Positions 38,292 to 47,648 of a stretch of 64,000 nt of DNA are shown piece by piece. This DNA comes from Patescibacteria group bacterium. Its GTDB lineage: Bacteria > Patescibacteriota > Patescibacteriia > JBHPGJ01. Location of the stretch: the NCBI GenBank assembly GCA_042570545.1, contig JBHPGJ010000007.1, forward strand, positions 275-64,274, read 5' to 3'. The stretch's first letter is position 1. Each line of letters begins with the position of its first letter. The position numbers and the translations under genes are program-made. The notes beneath the pieces are model-generated. The model did no database searches. It was not told where the DNA came from and saw only the letters and a program-made list of their open reading frames with translations.

Positions 38292-38369
38292 TGGAGCGAG
38301 AGAGGGGACTCGAACCCCCGACCTTTTCCTTGGCAAGGAAATGTTCTAGCCAACTGAACTACTCTCGCC
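38292..38369 (-). tRNA. tRNA-Gly (anticodon GCC)
   Basis: Reverse complement GGCGAGAGTAGTTCAGTTGGCTAGAAC; anticodon stem TTTCC/GGAAA with loop TTGCCAA; GTTCGAGTC; CCA. Confidence 0.75.
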
Positions 38370-38536
38370 TGGTTTTATAGACTCTATCTTATTTTTAAAT
38401 AATTTTCAATATACAAAATATTATTTATATTGATGCATAATATTTTAAAGCTACATACAGTAATAATAGTATCGCTATGGCTAGAAGAAACGTGAGTAAT
38501 TTTGGGTTCATTTATTTTTTTTTATTTACTTTTTAT

Positions 38537-38611
<75 letters not shown>

Positions 38612-38622
38612 ACATATAAAAT

Positions 38623-39078
38623 CTAACCTATAATAGCAAATCCCCACAAGATTACCAGTATACCGATGGGGATCGTAAACCAGTAAAAAATCGGCAAACC
38701 TAGGAGCCAGCCAGGGTGCCACCATAGCTTACGGCTTTTTTTAAATTCACTTATACCCCAGTCAGGATTAAAGACAAACCATAAAAAGTCTTCAATCGTC
38801 AGCATAAGAATAAAGAAACCAATTATTTTGGCTTCGTTATACCAGGACCAGTCAGTAAAAAAAACCGGCAAATGAATAAGCACCAATATTGTCAACAGCA
38901 TCATCAAATGATAACCGGTGATCGGTCGTCCGCCGGATATAGATTTAACTAAATCGTTATTAAATCTTTTAGTTGGCAATCGTGAAGCCCAACCGTGTTT
39001 GCCCTCGATTTGAATTTCCCAAAGAGCTAATATTAAGGCCGTCAATATTAGGTAAAGAAAATATAAATAAATATTCAT
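38623..39078 (-). CDS. hypothetical 4-TM membrane protein
   Basis: ORF track; hydrophobic helices. Confidence 0.45.
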   Translation of the reverse strand: MNIYLYFLYLILTALILALWEIQIEGKHGWASRLPTKRFNNDLVKSISGGRPITGYHLMMLLTILVLIHLPVFFTDWSWYNEAKIIGFFILMLTIEDFLWFVFNPDWGISEFKKSRKLWWHPGWLLGLPIFYWFTIPIGILVILWGFAIIG

Positions 39079-39090
39079 TTTTTAATAACT

Positions 39091-40917
39091 TTACTGAAGT
39101 GTTCCTTCGCCGTTTGGGTTGTATCCATTATGGACCTCTTCGCCGTCATTAAAACCATCAGCGTCAGTATCGGGATTATTCTCTTCGGTACCATATAATT
39201 GTTCATAAAATTCACTAAGCCCATCGTTATCTTCATCAAATACTAAACTGCCGTTATGGCCATTTCCATCCCAGGCATACTTGCCAACCTCACTGGCAAT
39301 AACATCACCCTCTAGGCAGAAGGTAATAGTAAAATAATCGCAACTTTCATCGCTGGTTTCGCAACTTTCCTTGTGATATCTGTCTTTGAAGGTTTGATAC
39401 CAATATTTATTGTCTTCAGCTGGGCAATTTTCACTTTCAGATTCAGGTGGAGTAAATACTACTGATATATAATCTCCAATATCTTCACCGGTCAGCTCTC
39501 GGCCGGCTGATGGCGGGTAAATGGAATTGTCATCATAATACAGTATCAAAGCTGTCATTAATTGGGCTACATCTGATTGTCTTCTGGCATCTCGGGTAGA
39601 AACCTCAAAGCCGGGGATAAACAATTCAAACAATTCTTCAAAAGTTTTTGAATTAGTTGGTTCAGTGACTACTATGCCATCGGTAACGGGAATAGTCGTC
39701 CCTATAACACTGGCTACGTATTCTAGGTTTTGAAATTTCTCGTTGTTGAAAGGGACGAAAGAAAAACTAGTGGAATAGCGTATCGGAAGACCGGTATTAT
39801 CAAGCCAGGCCTCGATAGTTAAAGCTTTATTTAGTTGTTCCATAGCGGTAATGTAATTTGGCTTAGATATTTCATCATAGGTAGATTGATCATACTCAAA
39901 GAGAGATTCATCTCCAAATTCTTCAGCCAAAGCCGTAGTTACATTCTTGTAAGTTTTGGCAGCCTTTTTGAAATTATAGCTGAAACGATAATGCTTAGTA
40001 GCCACGCCATTAATATTTTCACCACCGGTAGACTTTATGATTAAAAACCCGTCCTCGATAGTAATGGGAGCAATGATATTTAAGTACTTAATAACCAGAC
40101 CTGTCTGATCCTCGTTTTCAATAATAGATTGATCAAGACCAAGTCCCAATCCAAAAGATTCGGCACTACCTTGTTCAAACTTGATCCACTTATTGATTAT
40201 TGAGCTTATATCAAAATCCAATCCAGCTAAAAGGTCGCCAATTTCTAATGACTCAAGATTTAAATATAATACGTCGTTAACATTTTTGCCGAGTAAGGTC
40301 CCGCCGTAGGATTGCCCGCCACCAGAATAGTTTAAAGACAGAGTAAACTCACCATCACGCGGTGAGCTGTCAACTGATTGGAATCGGCCGGAAGCCGAAA
40401 ATAATATCTGGGCATCATTAGTTAAAAACCCGCCATACATATCTTCAATATCAGAATTATATTCAAAAGAATTATCTTCATCAATTAACTGGCTAAAATC
40501 TTCTAAAATTAAGGTGTCGGGGTTATTACGAGCAGTGGTTTTTAACGATAGTATGTTTTCATATTCATTATCACCAATCTTTTGGATACTTTCCATCATC
40601 TTGCCTAACAGCTGGGCATTTGAATTACTAATAAAAGGAATATTAATAGGCAATATACCCACCTGAGCTAAAATAATCGTAGCAATGCCAAGCCCCAGGA
40701 CAATCCCGATAATGAATATATATAGTTTCTTATGACTTTTTGGCTCTTTAGGTTGTGAAATTTCTTTTTTTTCCATATACAACATGCGAGTCCCCGGGTG
40801 ATGAGGACCGCCACCGGCAAGATCACCGCCTTTTTCATCAACGTGCTTGCTGTCGGTTTCTTTTGCCCAATCAATTGCCATTGACTGTATTATCTCAAAA
40901 TTACAGTTAATTTTCAA
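39091..40917 (-). CDS. secreted protein with C-terminal thrombospondin-type-3-like Ca-binding repeats
   Basis: TM/signal anchor (LYIFIIGIVLGLGIATIILA); C-terminal DxDxDGxxDxxE-like repeats (DEDNDGLSE, DTDADGFNDGEE). Confidence 0.5.
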   Translation of the reverse strand: MKINCNFEIIQSMAIDWAKETDSKHVDEKGGDLAGGGPHHPGTRMLYMEKKEISQPKEPKSHKKLYIFIIGIVLGLGIATIILAQVGILPINIPFISNSNAQLLGKMMESIQKIGDNEYENILSLKTTARNNPDTLILEDFSQLIDEDNSFEYNSDIEDMYGGFLTNDAQILFSASGRFQSVDSSPRDGEFTLSLNYSGGGQSYGGTLLGKNVNDVLYLNLESLEIGDLLAGLDFDISSIINKWIKFEQGSAESFGLGLGLDQSIIENEDQTGLVIKYLNIIAPITIEDGFLIIKSTGGENINGVATKHYRFSYNFKKAAKTYKNVTTALAEEFGDESLFEYDQSTYDEISKPNYITAMEQLNKALTIEAWLDNTGLPIRYSTSFSFVPFNNEKFQNLEYVASVIGTTIPVTDGIVVTEPTNSKTFEELFELFIPGFEVSTRDARRQSDVAQLMTALILYYDDNSIYPPSAGRELTGEDIGDYISVVFTPPESESENCPAEDNKYWYQTFKDRYHKESCETSDESCDYFTITFCLEGDVIASEVGKYAWDGNGHNGSLVFDEDNDGLSEFYEQLYGTEENNPDTDADGFNDGEEVHNGYNPNGEGTLQ

Positions 40918-40976
40918 TTATTATAAAAATAAGCGGAGCCTGCTGACTTAACAGACCCCAGTGAACCGACGGTGAC

Positions 40977-41261
40977 TTAACCTTTCTCTGACTCCGGAAA
41001 AAGGTAATGATGAAAGACAACTTTTTTCCCTCGCACTGTGGCCAGAGAAAAATCCTGATCAGCGACAGCGGCAGCGACTTTTCTGATGCTTTTGAGCGGT
41101 AGATGTTTGGTGGTGGTGATTTCAACAATCACTTTTTCACCCCGGCGAGGAACGTCGACCAATGAGACCTTGGCCGTGCCCATCTCCCTTAATTGGGTAG
41201 GCAGATTTTCAGTCAAGTGACCAATGCGTTTAAGCTCGCTGGTTTCAGTATTTGCGCTCAT
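40977..41261 (-). CDS. hypothetical protein (94 aa)
   Basis: ORF track only. Confidence 0.35.
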   Translation of the reverse strand: MSANTETSELKRIGHLTENLPTQLREMGTAKVSLVDVPRRGEKVIVEITTTKHLPLKSIRKVAAAVADQDFSLATVRGKKVVFHHYLFPESEKG

Positions 41262-41363
41262 TGATACCTCAGCAGTAAAAGAAAGAGAACAATCGGGTGA
41301 ACCAATTTAGGAGTTCGTCAATAATAGCTGAATATTAAATTATGGTCAAGAATATAGTTGTTT

Positions 41364-41567
41364 CTAACTCAGCGCTATGGCCAACAAGGCTAATAGTAAT
41401 ATTACTATTACAATTACTAGGCCGGCTACCAAGGCGGCGCTGCTGGCATTCTTAACTTTCTTCTCTCCTGATTCAAGCAGCTCTTCTTTAGGAGCCGGTG
41501 GTAGTTCATACTCTGGCTCTAGATCTGGTGGCGGCTGGGCTTTTTTAGATAACTGTTTTAGGGGCAT
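41364..41567 (-). CDS. small Pro-rich single-TM protein
   Basis: ORF track; C-terminal hydrophobic helix. Confidence 0.3.
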   Translation of the reverse strand: MPLKQLSKKAQPPPDLEPEYELPPAPKEELLESGEKKVKNASSAALVAGLVIVIVILLLALLAIALS

Positions 41568-42145
41568 TATTTTTCTTTCTTAATTTTTTCAATAATTTTG
41601 GGAATCTTCTTAAAATCACTTATATGAATTTCTCGCTGACTGCCTTGATATAAAGCAGCCGCCGGATGATACAAAGGTAGAATTACGTAGACATCCAAGT
41701 TGGGCGTAATGATTTTTTTGGGCTGCCCGTGAACAGCAGAGATCTTTTCTCCCGGCAGAAAATAGTTTAGTGAATGTCTTCCCAGGGTAGCAACGACCAA
41801 CGGCTGAATGATAGCCAGCTGTCTTTCTAAATAGGGAACACAGGTTAAAATCTCATTTTCTTCCGGATCGCGATTATTTGGTGGGCGGTGTTTAACTACA
41901 TTACCAATAAAAACGTCAGTTCTTTTTAAACCGATATGATCAAGCATTTCCTCAAGAAATTTACCGGCCGCACCAACAAAAGGTCGGCCTTGATCATCTT
42001 CTTTTTGGCCGGGTCCCTCACCGACGAACATTATTTCCGTCTTAGGATTGCCTTCACCCGGAACGGGATTTTGCGCTTTTTCATGAAGGGGACACTTTTT
42101 ACATTGTGCCACTTCTTGGGCTATTTTTTCCAATGTATCTGGCAT
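41567..42145 (-). CDS. uracil-DNA glycosylase family 4
   Basis: CxxC Fe-S motif (CKKCPLHE), GEGPG and HPAA motifs of UDG family 4. Confidence 0.75.
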   Translation of the reverse strand: MPDTLEKIAQEVAQCKKCPLHEKAQNPVPGEGNPKTEIMFVGEGPGQKEDDQGRPFVGAAGKFLEEMLDHIGLKRTDVFIGNVVKHRPPNNRDPEENEILTCVPYLERQLAIIQPLVVATLGRHSLNYFLPGEKISAVHGQPKKIITPNLDVYVILPLYHPAAALYQGSQREIHISDFKKIPKIIEKIKKEK

Positions 42146-42247
42146 AAATATATTGTACTACAAGTTTAAGTTTGACAAAAAACTTCATTGCCACAATAAT
42201 ACTTTCACTATTGTTCGTATTACCTTTCAATTTGGGGAGGGTTAGCC

Positions 42248-42529
42248 TTGAAGCAGGAATCGTTATATTACCGCTACCTCAAGTCACTGGTTAAATTCGC
42301 TCTTGGGCTTTGGCTCATTCAATTATTGCACCATCTTCAGCTGCCCGGCACATTCACCGCACCTTGGACGACTTACGCCATGATTTACTTGATTGGTTTG
42401 CTACCCGGTCTCAGCCTGTTTTACTTCCACCGCCATTCGTATAAATATGGCGGGAGAGCCGAGGACGCTACCCTGTTGATTTTTTTCCCGTTACCGGTTT
42501 TGTTCTTCATCCTGAACCCGGACCTATGA
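42248..42529 (+). CDS. hypothetical membrane protein
   Basis: ORF track; hydrophobic. Confidence 0.3.
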   Translation: MKQESLYYRYLKSLVKFALGLWLIQLLHHLQLPGTFTAPWTTYAMIYLIGLLPGLSLFYFHRHSYKYGGRAEDATLLIFFPLPVLFFILNPDL

Positions 42530-42583
42530 CTTATAGCCGGGATTCACTTTCATTTCTTTAGCTCTCCTCGTGAGAGCTTTATT

Positions 42584-43273
42584 TTATCCAGCAAGTAGAG
42601 ATTTTTTTGTTATTATTTTACTTAGTATAGTGGGGGACTTTTCTACTAAAACCATGTCTTCAATGCGTATGCCACCCCAACCCTTTAAATAAATACCCGG
42701 CTCGACAGTGACAACGTCACCAGAATTAATTGTGACATTTCTTTTTCTAGTCGAAGACAACCATGGGGGCTGGTGAATCAATTTACCAAGTCCATGACCG
42801 GTGCCATGACGGAAGGCTTTTTTGAAACCTTGTCGATTGATTAGTCGGCGAGCAGCTAAATCAATATCCTTGCCATTAAGACTACTATTTAATTTATTAA
42901 TCGCAACTTGCTGAGCTCTAAGCACCAGCTGGTGTAGTTTAATAAATTTTTTATCGGGCTGACCAAAGTAAAAAGTTCGGGTTAAATCAGTACACCAACC
43001 ATCAACTTTAAAACCAAAATCTATCAAAACTATTTGATTATTTTCCAATCTTTTGTGAGCCGGTTTGTGGTGCGGATAATATGAATTTGTACCAAATGCA
43101 ATTATTGGCCGAAAAGCCATATGTTTGTAGCCCAGTCTTTTAGTAAAGGCGATAAGCTTGTGTTCAACTTCTTTCTCGGTAATACCCACAACTAACTGCT
43201 TTTTAATATAAAACAATATCCGATTCATTATTGGGGCACCTTGTCGGATAGCTTTAATTTGACTGTGGTTCAT
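42584..43273 (-). CDS. M24-family metallopeptidase (pita-bread fold, short form)
   Basis: DGWCTDLTRT and HGTGHGLG metal-ligand motifs. Confidence 0.65.
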   Translation of the reverse strand: MNHSQIKAIRQGAPIMNRILFYIKKQLVVGITEKEVEHKLIAFTKRLGYKHMAFRPIIAFGTNSYYPHHKPAHKRLENNQIVLIDFGFKVDGWCTDLTRTFYFGQPDKKFIKLHQLVLRAQQVAINKLNSSLNGKDIDLAARRLINRQGFKKAFRHGTGHGLGKLIHQPPWLSSTRKRNVTINSGDVVTVEPGIYLKGWGGIRIEDMVLVEKSPTILSKIITKKSLLAG

Positions 43274-43701
43274 GAATTATTTAAAATCTTTTTTGTTTCA
43301 GCAATGTCTAATTCTATCCGCTTGATTAATCCTGGCAGATTTTTAAAATCCTGCATCGGACGGATTTTTTTAACAATCTCAGCCGAAATCTCCTTACCGA
43401 GTATGTCCTGATTGAAATCAATAAAATAGATTTCTAGCTTAATCATAGTACTGATAAATTTATGACGGGCCCCAACAATAACAACCGCTGGTACAGGCTG
43501 ACCATCAGCAATACGGCCCCAAGCGGCGTATATGCCGGGATTTAGATCGAGATCACTAATAAGCCGGGGTGTCAGGTTTGCCGTGGGGTAGCCCATTTTA
43601 TGACCCAATCCTTCGCCCTCAATTACCCGACCAGTTATTACTATATTTTTATTTGACATCGTAAAAAGTTGTTTCTCCTGATAGCAAATCAATAACGGCA
43701 A
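43270..43701 (-). CDS. riboflavin kinase (stand-alone RibF C-terminal domain)
   Basis: GRVIEGEGLGHKMGYPTANL flavokinase motif. Confidence 0.6.
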   Translation of the reverse strand: MPLLICYQEKQLFTMSNKNIVITGRVIEGEGLGHKMGYPTANLTPRLISDLDLNPGIYAAWGRIADGQPVPAVVIVGARHKFISTMIKLEIYFIDFNQDILGKEISAEIVKKIRPMQDFKNLPGLIKRIELDIAETKKILNNS

Positions 43702-44143
43702 AAGTTGGTAGTTGCATAACGCCGCCAGCTGTACCGGGATTGACTATCTTAGTATCGCCTATTGTTTCTTCGGATTTCTCATGATTATGACCAAAGAAGA
43801 CATAATCATATTTGCTGGTAGCCGCAGCGTGTTCGGCATTAATTGGGTAGTGCACCATAAAGATTTTTTTGTCGGTAATTTCTACCTCAGCCTCACGTCC
43901 ATGGAGAGTAAAGTTTTTAAACTCAGCTGTTTTTTGAGCAGTTAAAAAAGGATCACCATCAACGTTGCCAAAAATATGATCGATCTTACCAGGGAATGTT
44001 TTGGCCATATGAACAGCAGCAATAGGTGAGCAGGTGTCGCCCATAAATAGGACTCGGTCTATTTTTAAGTCCTTAAGTTTTTGATTTATCTTATCCCATT
44101 CCGGGAGGTGATCGTGAAGATCAGATACTAAACCTATTTCCAT
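43649..44143 (-). CDS. YfcE/MJ0936-family metallophosphoesterase
   Basis: DLHD, GD, GNVD and GHNH motifs. Confidence 0.65.
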   Translation of the reverse strand: MEIGLVSDLHDHLPEWDKINQKLKDLKIDRVLFMGDTCSPIAAVHMAKTFPGKIDHIFGNVDGDPFLTAQKTAEFKNFTLHGREAEVEITDKKIFMVHYPINAEHAAATSKYDYVFFGHNHEKSEETIGDTKIVNPGTAGGVMQLPTFAVIDLLSGETTFYDVK

Positions 44144-44150
44144 ATAACTA

Positions 44151-45035
44151 TTATAGAGAAATTATGAATATTCCGCTAATAATAAAAATAATGGCGATAA
44201 TTTTTTGCCATACAACCCTTTTGTTGATTTGCTCTTCCATAAGCTCCGGTCTGAGCCTATGAAGTATTATGGCAAAAATAAAGATAAACAAATATTGAAT
44301 CGAACTAACAGCTGAGGTTAGAGAAACAAACCACGCTCCCGCGGCAATTAGATAAGCCAAGGAAGCAATAGCTGCTATAAATTCATTTAACCACTGCAGA
44401 CCTACAAATTTCTTTTTTTCTTTCCAAAAAGCACTGATTTGATTAAAGAAATAAATTGTCAATCCAGTTCCGATAATTCCTTCAAAAATAAACTGGTAAC
44501 TCATGAGTGATATCACTGAATAAAAATCCAATAAATACTTATTAACTACCCAAATGAAGGCCCACAAAAAACTAGCACTAATAATATATCCGATAGCCCG
44601 GCTCCTAAAAGGAGAAAATATATTATTCCGAGAAGATATTATCCAGGTGCCAATGACAATTATTCCAATGCCCAAATAAGTTATGAGCCTGAAAACCTCG
44701 CCCAGAAATATTGCACTCATTAGAGTTATAAAAATGGTAATAAAACTAAAAAGTGGCACAATTCGGGATGGTTCCTCAATTTTTATGGCTGCAAAATACA
44801 GTGTAGCAGCAATGAATGTGATGACGGCATTCAGAAGGAATAAGAGTAAATGACCAAAATAAACAGACTCGACAAACGGTAACATTAGAATGCCAAATAC
44901 AAATACAATCAAACTGCCAAAAACAACAACCAATAGCGGTCTGGTTATGTGCTTGCCGACTACAACCTTATCTATAACATTAGTCACGGCATATAGAAAA
45001 CCTGAAATTACTGCGAAAATAATTCCGGTAACCAT
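44151..45035 (-). CDS. EamA/DMT-family transporter (10 TM)
   Basis: Two EamA-like repeats; hydrophobicity. Confidence 0.6.
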   Translation of the reverse strand: MVTGIIFAVISGFLYAVTNVIDKVVVGKHITRPLLVVVFGSLIVFVFGILMLPFVESVYFGHLLLFLLNAVITFIAATLYFAAIKIEEPSRIVPLFSFITIFITLMSAIFLGEVFRLITYLGIGIIVIGTWIISSRNNIFSPFRSRAIGYIISASFLWAFIWVVNKYLLDFYSVISLMSYQFIFEGIIGTGLTIYFFNQISAFWKEKKKFVGLQWLNEFIAAIASLAYLIAAGAWFVSLTSAVSSIQYLFIFIFAIILHRLRPELMEEQINKRVVWQKIIAIIFIISGIFIISL

Positions 45036-45706
45036 TATTGAAGTTCCTTTGGCTTAAACCGGCTTGATAAATATATAAAGGGCGTATCTAGGCCGGCTAC
45101 TATAATTTTGATCAACCAAGTAAATAATATTAATTCAAACAGATCGGGAAACACACCCGCGAAAGCAATTAAGGTAAAAATAGTAGAATCTATCACTTGG
45201 GAAATAATAGTAGAGCCCAGGTTTCTTAGCCATAACCAGCGTCCTCGGGATCTTTCTTTTATCCAGTGGAATAACCAGACATCTAAATTTTGACTTAACA
45301 AATAGGCGATTAACGAACCCAAGACGATCCTTGGCGTCAATGTAAATATTGTTTCAAATGCACCCTGGGCAAAATCGAAATCAGCCGGCATAAAGCGACT
45401 GATGAACTGAGACATGATCAAAAAGAACAAAGCCACGTAAAAACCGATCATCACCGCTCGACGGGCTTCCTTCTTGCCATAATGTTCAGCTAATAGATCA
45501 GTCGCTAAAAAGATCGAGGCATAAACCACGTTCCCGCCAGTGGCGGCTAAGCCAAACAAATACATACCCTTGACCACAAAGATATTTGCCAGGATAACAT
45601 TAGCAGCGATTAAGCCAATCAGCCATACTTTGCCTAGTCGAAAAGCCGCCAGCACAAAAGTCAGACTGATTAGACTCATTAAAATAAATAGCCATTCATT
45701 ACTCAT
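45035..45706 (-). CDS. queuosine-precursor transporter (YhhQ/VUT-family, DUF165)
   Basis: 6-TM protein with DUF165-like conserved Gly/Asp positions. Confidence 0.5.
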   Translation of the reverse strand: MSNEWLFILMSLISLTFVLAAFRLGKVWLIGLIAANVILANIFVVKGMYLFGLAATGGNVVYASIFLATDLLAEHYGKKEARRAVMIGFYVALFFLIMSQFISRFMPADFDFAQGAFETIFTLTPRIVLGSLIAYLLSQNLDVWLFHWIKERSRGRWLWLRNLGSTIISQVIDSTIFTLIAFAGVFPDLFELILFTWLIKIIVAGLDTPFIYLSSRFKPKELQ

Positions 45707-46299
45707 ATCAAACGTTTGACTAGTTTATTAATTTGCGAAGCGAGCGGTTTATTAGTGTTGATAGTAGCAAAATAATTTATCTTTTTTTTATTTTTTTCAT
45801 ATATCTTTTTACGGTTAAAGTATAATTTCACATCAGCTAACTCGCCAAATTCAAGCAGGCCATCCTTAAGGTGCTGTCGTTTATTAATTCTACGCAGGAT
45901 TTCTGATTCGGGACAAGTGATATGAAGCCAGATCATCTTGGTCTTATGTTTTTTTGCTAATCTTACAAAGCTTTGTCTATTATTTTGGCCTAAGTTTCCA
46001 GCGTCAATCAAGACGCTAATATTTTGACCTAACAGATCTAAAACAGTACCTGATACAATCCGCTTTACTCTTTTAATGGTATTGTATTTATGTCCGAATT
46101 TTTTTATTATCATTGTTCGCGGTATGTCGGTTCTTAATACCACCACCGGTATTTTTTTAGCAATAAGCTGAGCGACGGTTGATTTACCGCTGCCAATTTT
46201 TCCGAATAAACCAATCATTAGGGGAGGTCTAAGTTTCTGCCGGGGAACTTTTATTGTTTTTTCAAACTGTCGACACAGATTTTTTTCATCTACTGTCAT
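45703..46299 (-). CDS. P-loop kinase/NTPase family protein
   Basis: Walker A GKIGSGKST; about 200 aa; overlapping tandem with a second P-loop protein. Confidence 0.45.
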   Translation of the reverse strand: MTVDEKNLCRQFEKTIKVPRQKLRPPLMIGLFGKIGSGKSTVAQLIAKKIPVVVLRTDIPRTMIIKKFGHKYNTIKRVKRIVSGTVLDLLGQNISVLIDAGNLGQNNRQSFVRLAKKHKTKMIWLHITCPESEILRRINKRQHLKDGLLEFGELADVKLYFNRKKIYEKNKKKINYFATINTNKPLASQINKLVKRLI

Positions 46300-46855
46300 C
46301 TAATACCCTTTCAATTACTCTGACAGCTGCCGTATAACCATAGTGCATTAATATTTGATTTGTTTCTAAGCCATATTTAATGGCTAATTTATTATGCGTC
46401 GAAGGAAACGGCCGGCGCATTCTTTCTCGTAATTCTGATGAATCATAAGCCTTACCGCGCTGTTTCTTTTTATATTTGAAACAATCTTTAGTATTACGGA
46501 TTAGAAAAAAGATATTAATTTTAACTTGTAATTTTAACCTGGCAATATTTTTCATATTTAATTCTGGATGACTAATACCAATTTCAATAATGTCCCGGTC
46601 ACGAACAACTTTACTAACATACTTATAAAAGTTATTGTAAGCTTTTTTTATTTGGGCGGGACTAATTTTGCCGTTGATTATGCCAACACGCTTTACAAAA
46701 GGATAGACGTCAAGCTGGCGATAACCGCGGTTATTTTTCCGCCAATGCCCAATCAAGGTGCTTTTGCCAGCACCCGGTCGGGCAATTATAACCAATAAAT
46801 TAGGCTTTATCGCGGAACTTTTTAAGTATTTTAATGTCGTTGATTTCTTTACCAT
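46286..46855 (-). CDS. P-loop kinase/NTPase family protein
   Basis: Walker A ARPGAGKSTL. Confidence 0.45.
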   Translation of the reverse strand: MVKKSTTLKYLKSSAIKPNLLVIIARPGAGKSTLIGHWRKNNRGYRQLDVYPFVKRVGIINGKISPAQIKKAYNNFYKYVSKVVRDRDIIEIGISHPELNMKNIARLKLQVKINIFFLIRNTKDCFKYKKKQRGKAYDSSELRERMRRPFPSTHNKLAIKYGLETNQILMHYGYTAAVRVIERVLDDSR

Positions 46856-47648
46856 CCTTAGGTGTCTCCAGTATCATATTTATGTTTTTCAGCTTGGGGT
46901 GATTGATTATTGCTTTAAAACTTTCTGGTCCAATCTTTCCCTGACCAATATGCTCGTGCCTATCTCTATGTTGGCCCAGGTCAAATTTTGAATCATTAGC
47001 ATGGAAAAGTTTTAATCTATCTAGGCCTATCTTTTTATCAAATTCCCTGAAAGTTTTATTCACCCCAACCTTGGTTCTGATATCATACCCCGAAGCAAAG
47101 GCATGACAAGTGTCAAAACAGACGCCAATTTTTCCTTTATAATTATTATTTTTTTCCACCCCTTTTATATAAGCTGCAATATCTTCATAAGTATCACCCA
47201 ATATTTGCCCGGCCCCGGCTGACATTTCTATTAAAAATTGCGTTGATCCGGTATAGCCGTCAAGTATCAATTGGAGCGTCTCTATTACTTGTTTGGTGGC
47301 ATCTTTCTCGCCTAAGTATTTAGCCGTACCTAGATGTGTCATTATATATTTAACCCCCAACAGTGATCCTCTCTCCAGCTCTTCCCGAATGACTTTGACA
47401 GAACCATATTTTACATTTTTTTTCTCTGCCCCAAGATTTATATAATATGGGGTATGAATATAAGATTCTAAATCCCACTTTTTAGAATCAGCCTGGAACT
47501 TCTTAATTATCTCATCGGTAATCTTTGGCGCGGCTCCACCGCGTGGAGAGCGTGAAAATATTTGAAAACACTCGCCGCCAATTTCGTGAGCACGAATCGG
47601 AGTGTCGGCTATGGAGCCGGCCGCTGATACATGATATCCAAATTTCAT
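46800..47648 (-). CDS. nfo: deoxyribonuclease IV (endonuclease IV)
   Basis: TIM-barrel AP endonuclease motifs (LETPKDG, HANDSK, CFDTCH). Confidence 0.8.
   Translation of the reverse strand: MKFGYHVSAAGSIADTPIRAHEIGGECFQIFSRSPRGGAAPKITDEIIKKFQADSKKWDLESYIHTPYYINLGAEKKNVKYGSVKVIREELERGSLLGVKYIMTHLGTAKYLGEKDATKQVIETLQLILDGYTGSTQFLIEMSAGAGQILGDTYEDIAAYIKGVEKNNNYKGKIGVCFDTCHAFASGYDIRTKVGVNKTFREFDKKIGLDRLKLFHANDSKFDLGQHRDRHEHIGQGKIGPESFKAIINHPKLKNINMILETPKDGKEINDIKILKKFRDKA

Noticed and set aside
38160-38336. N-terminal 59 codons of the MFS-transporter ORF as given in the track
   Set aside because: This segment runs across tRNA-Leu and tRNA-Gly on the same strand. The real start was moved to an internal GTG at 38159; the exact start remains uncertain.
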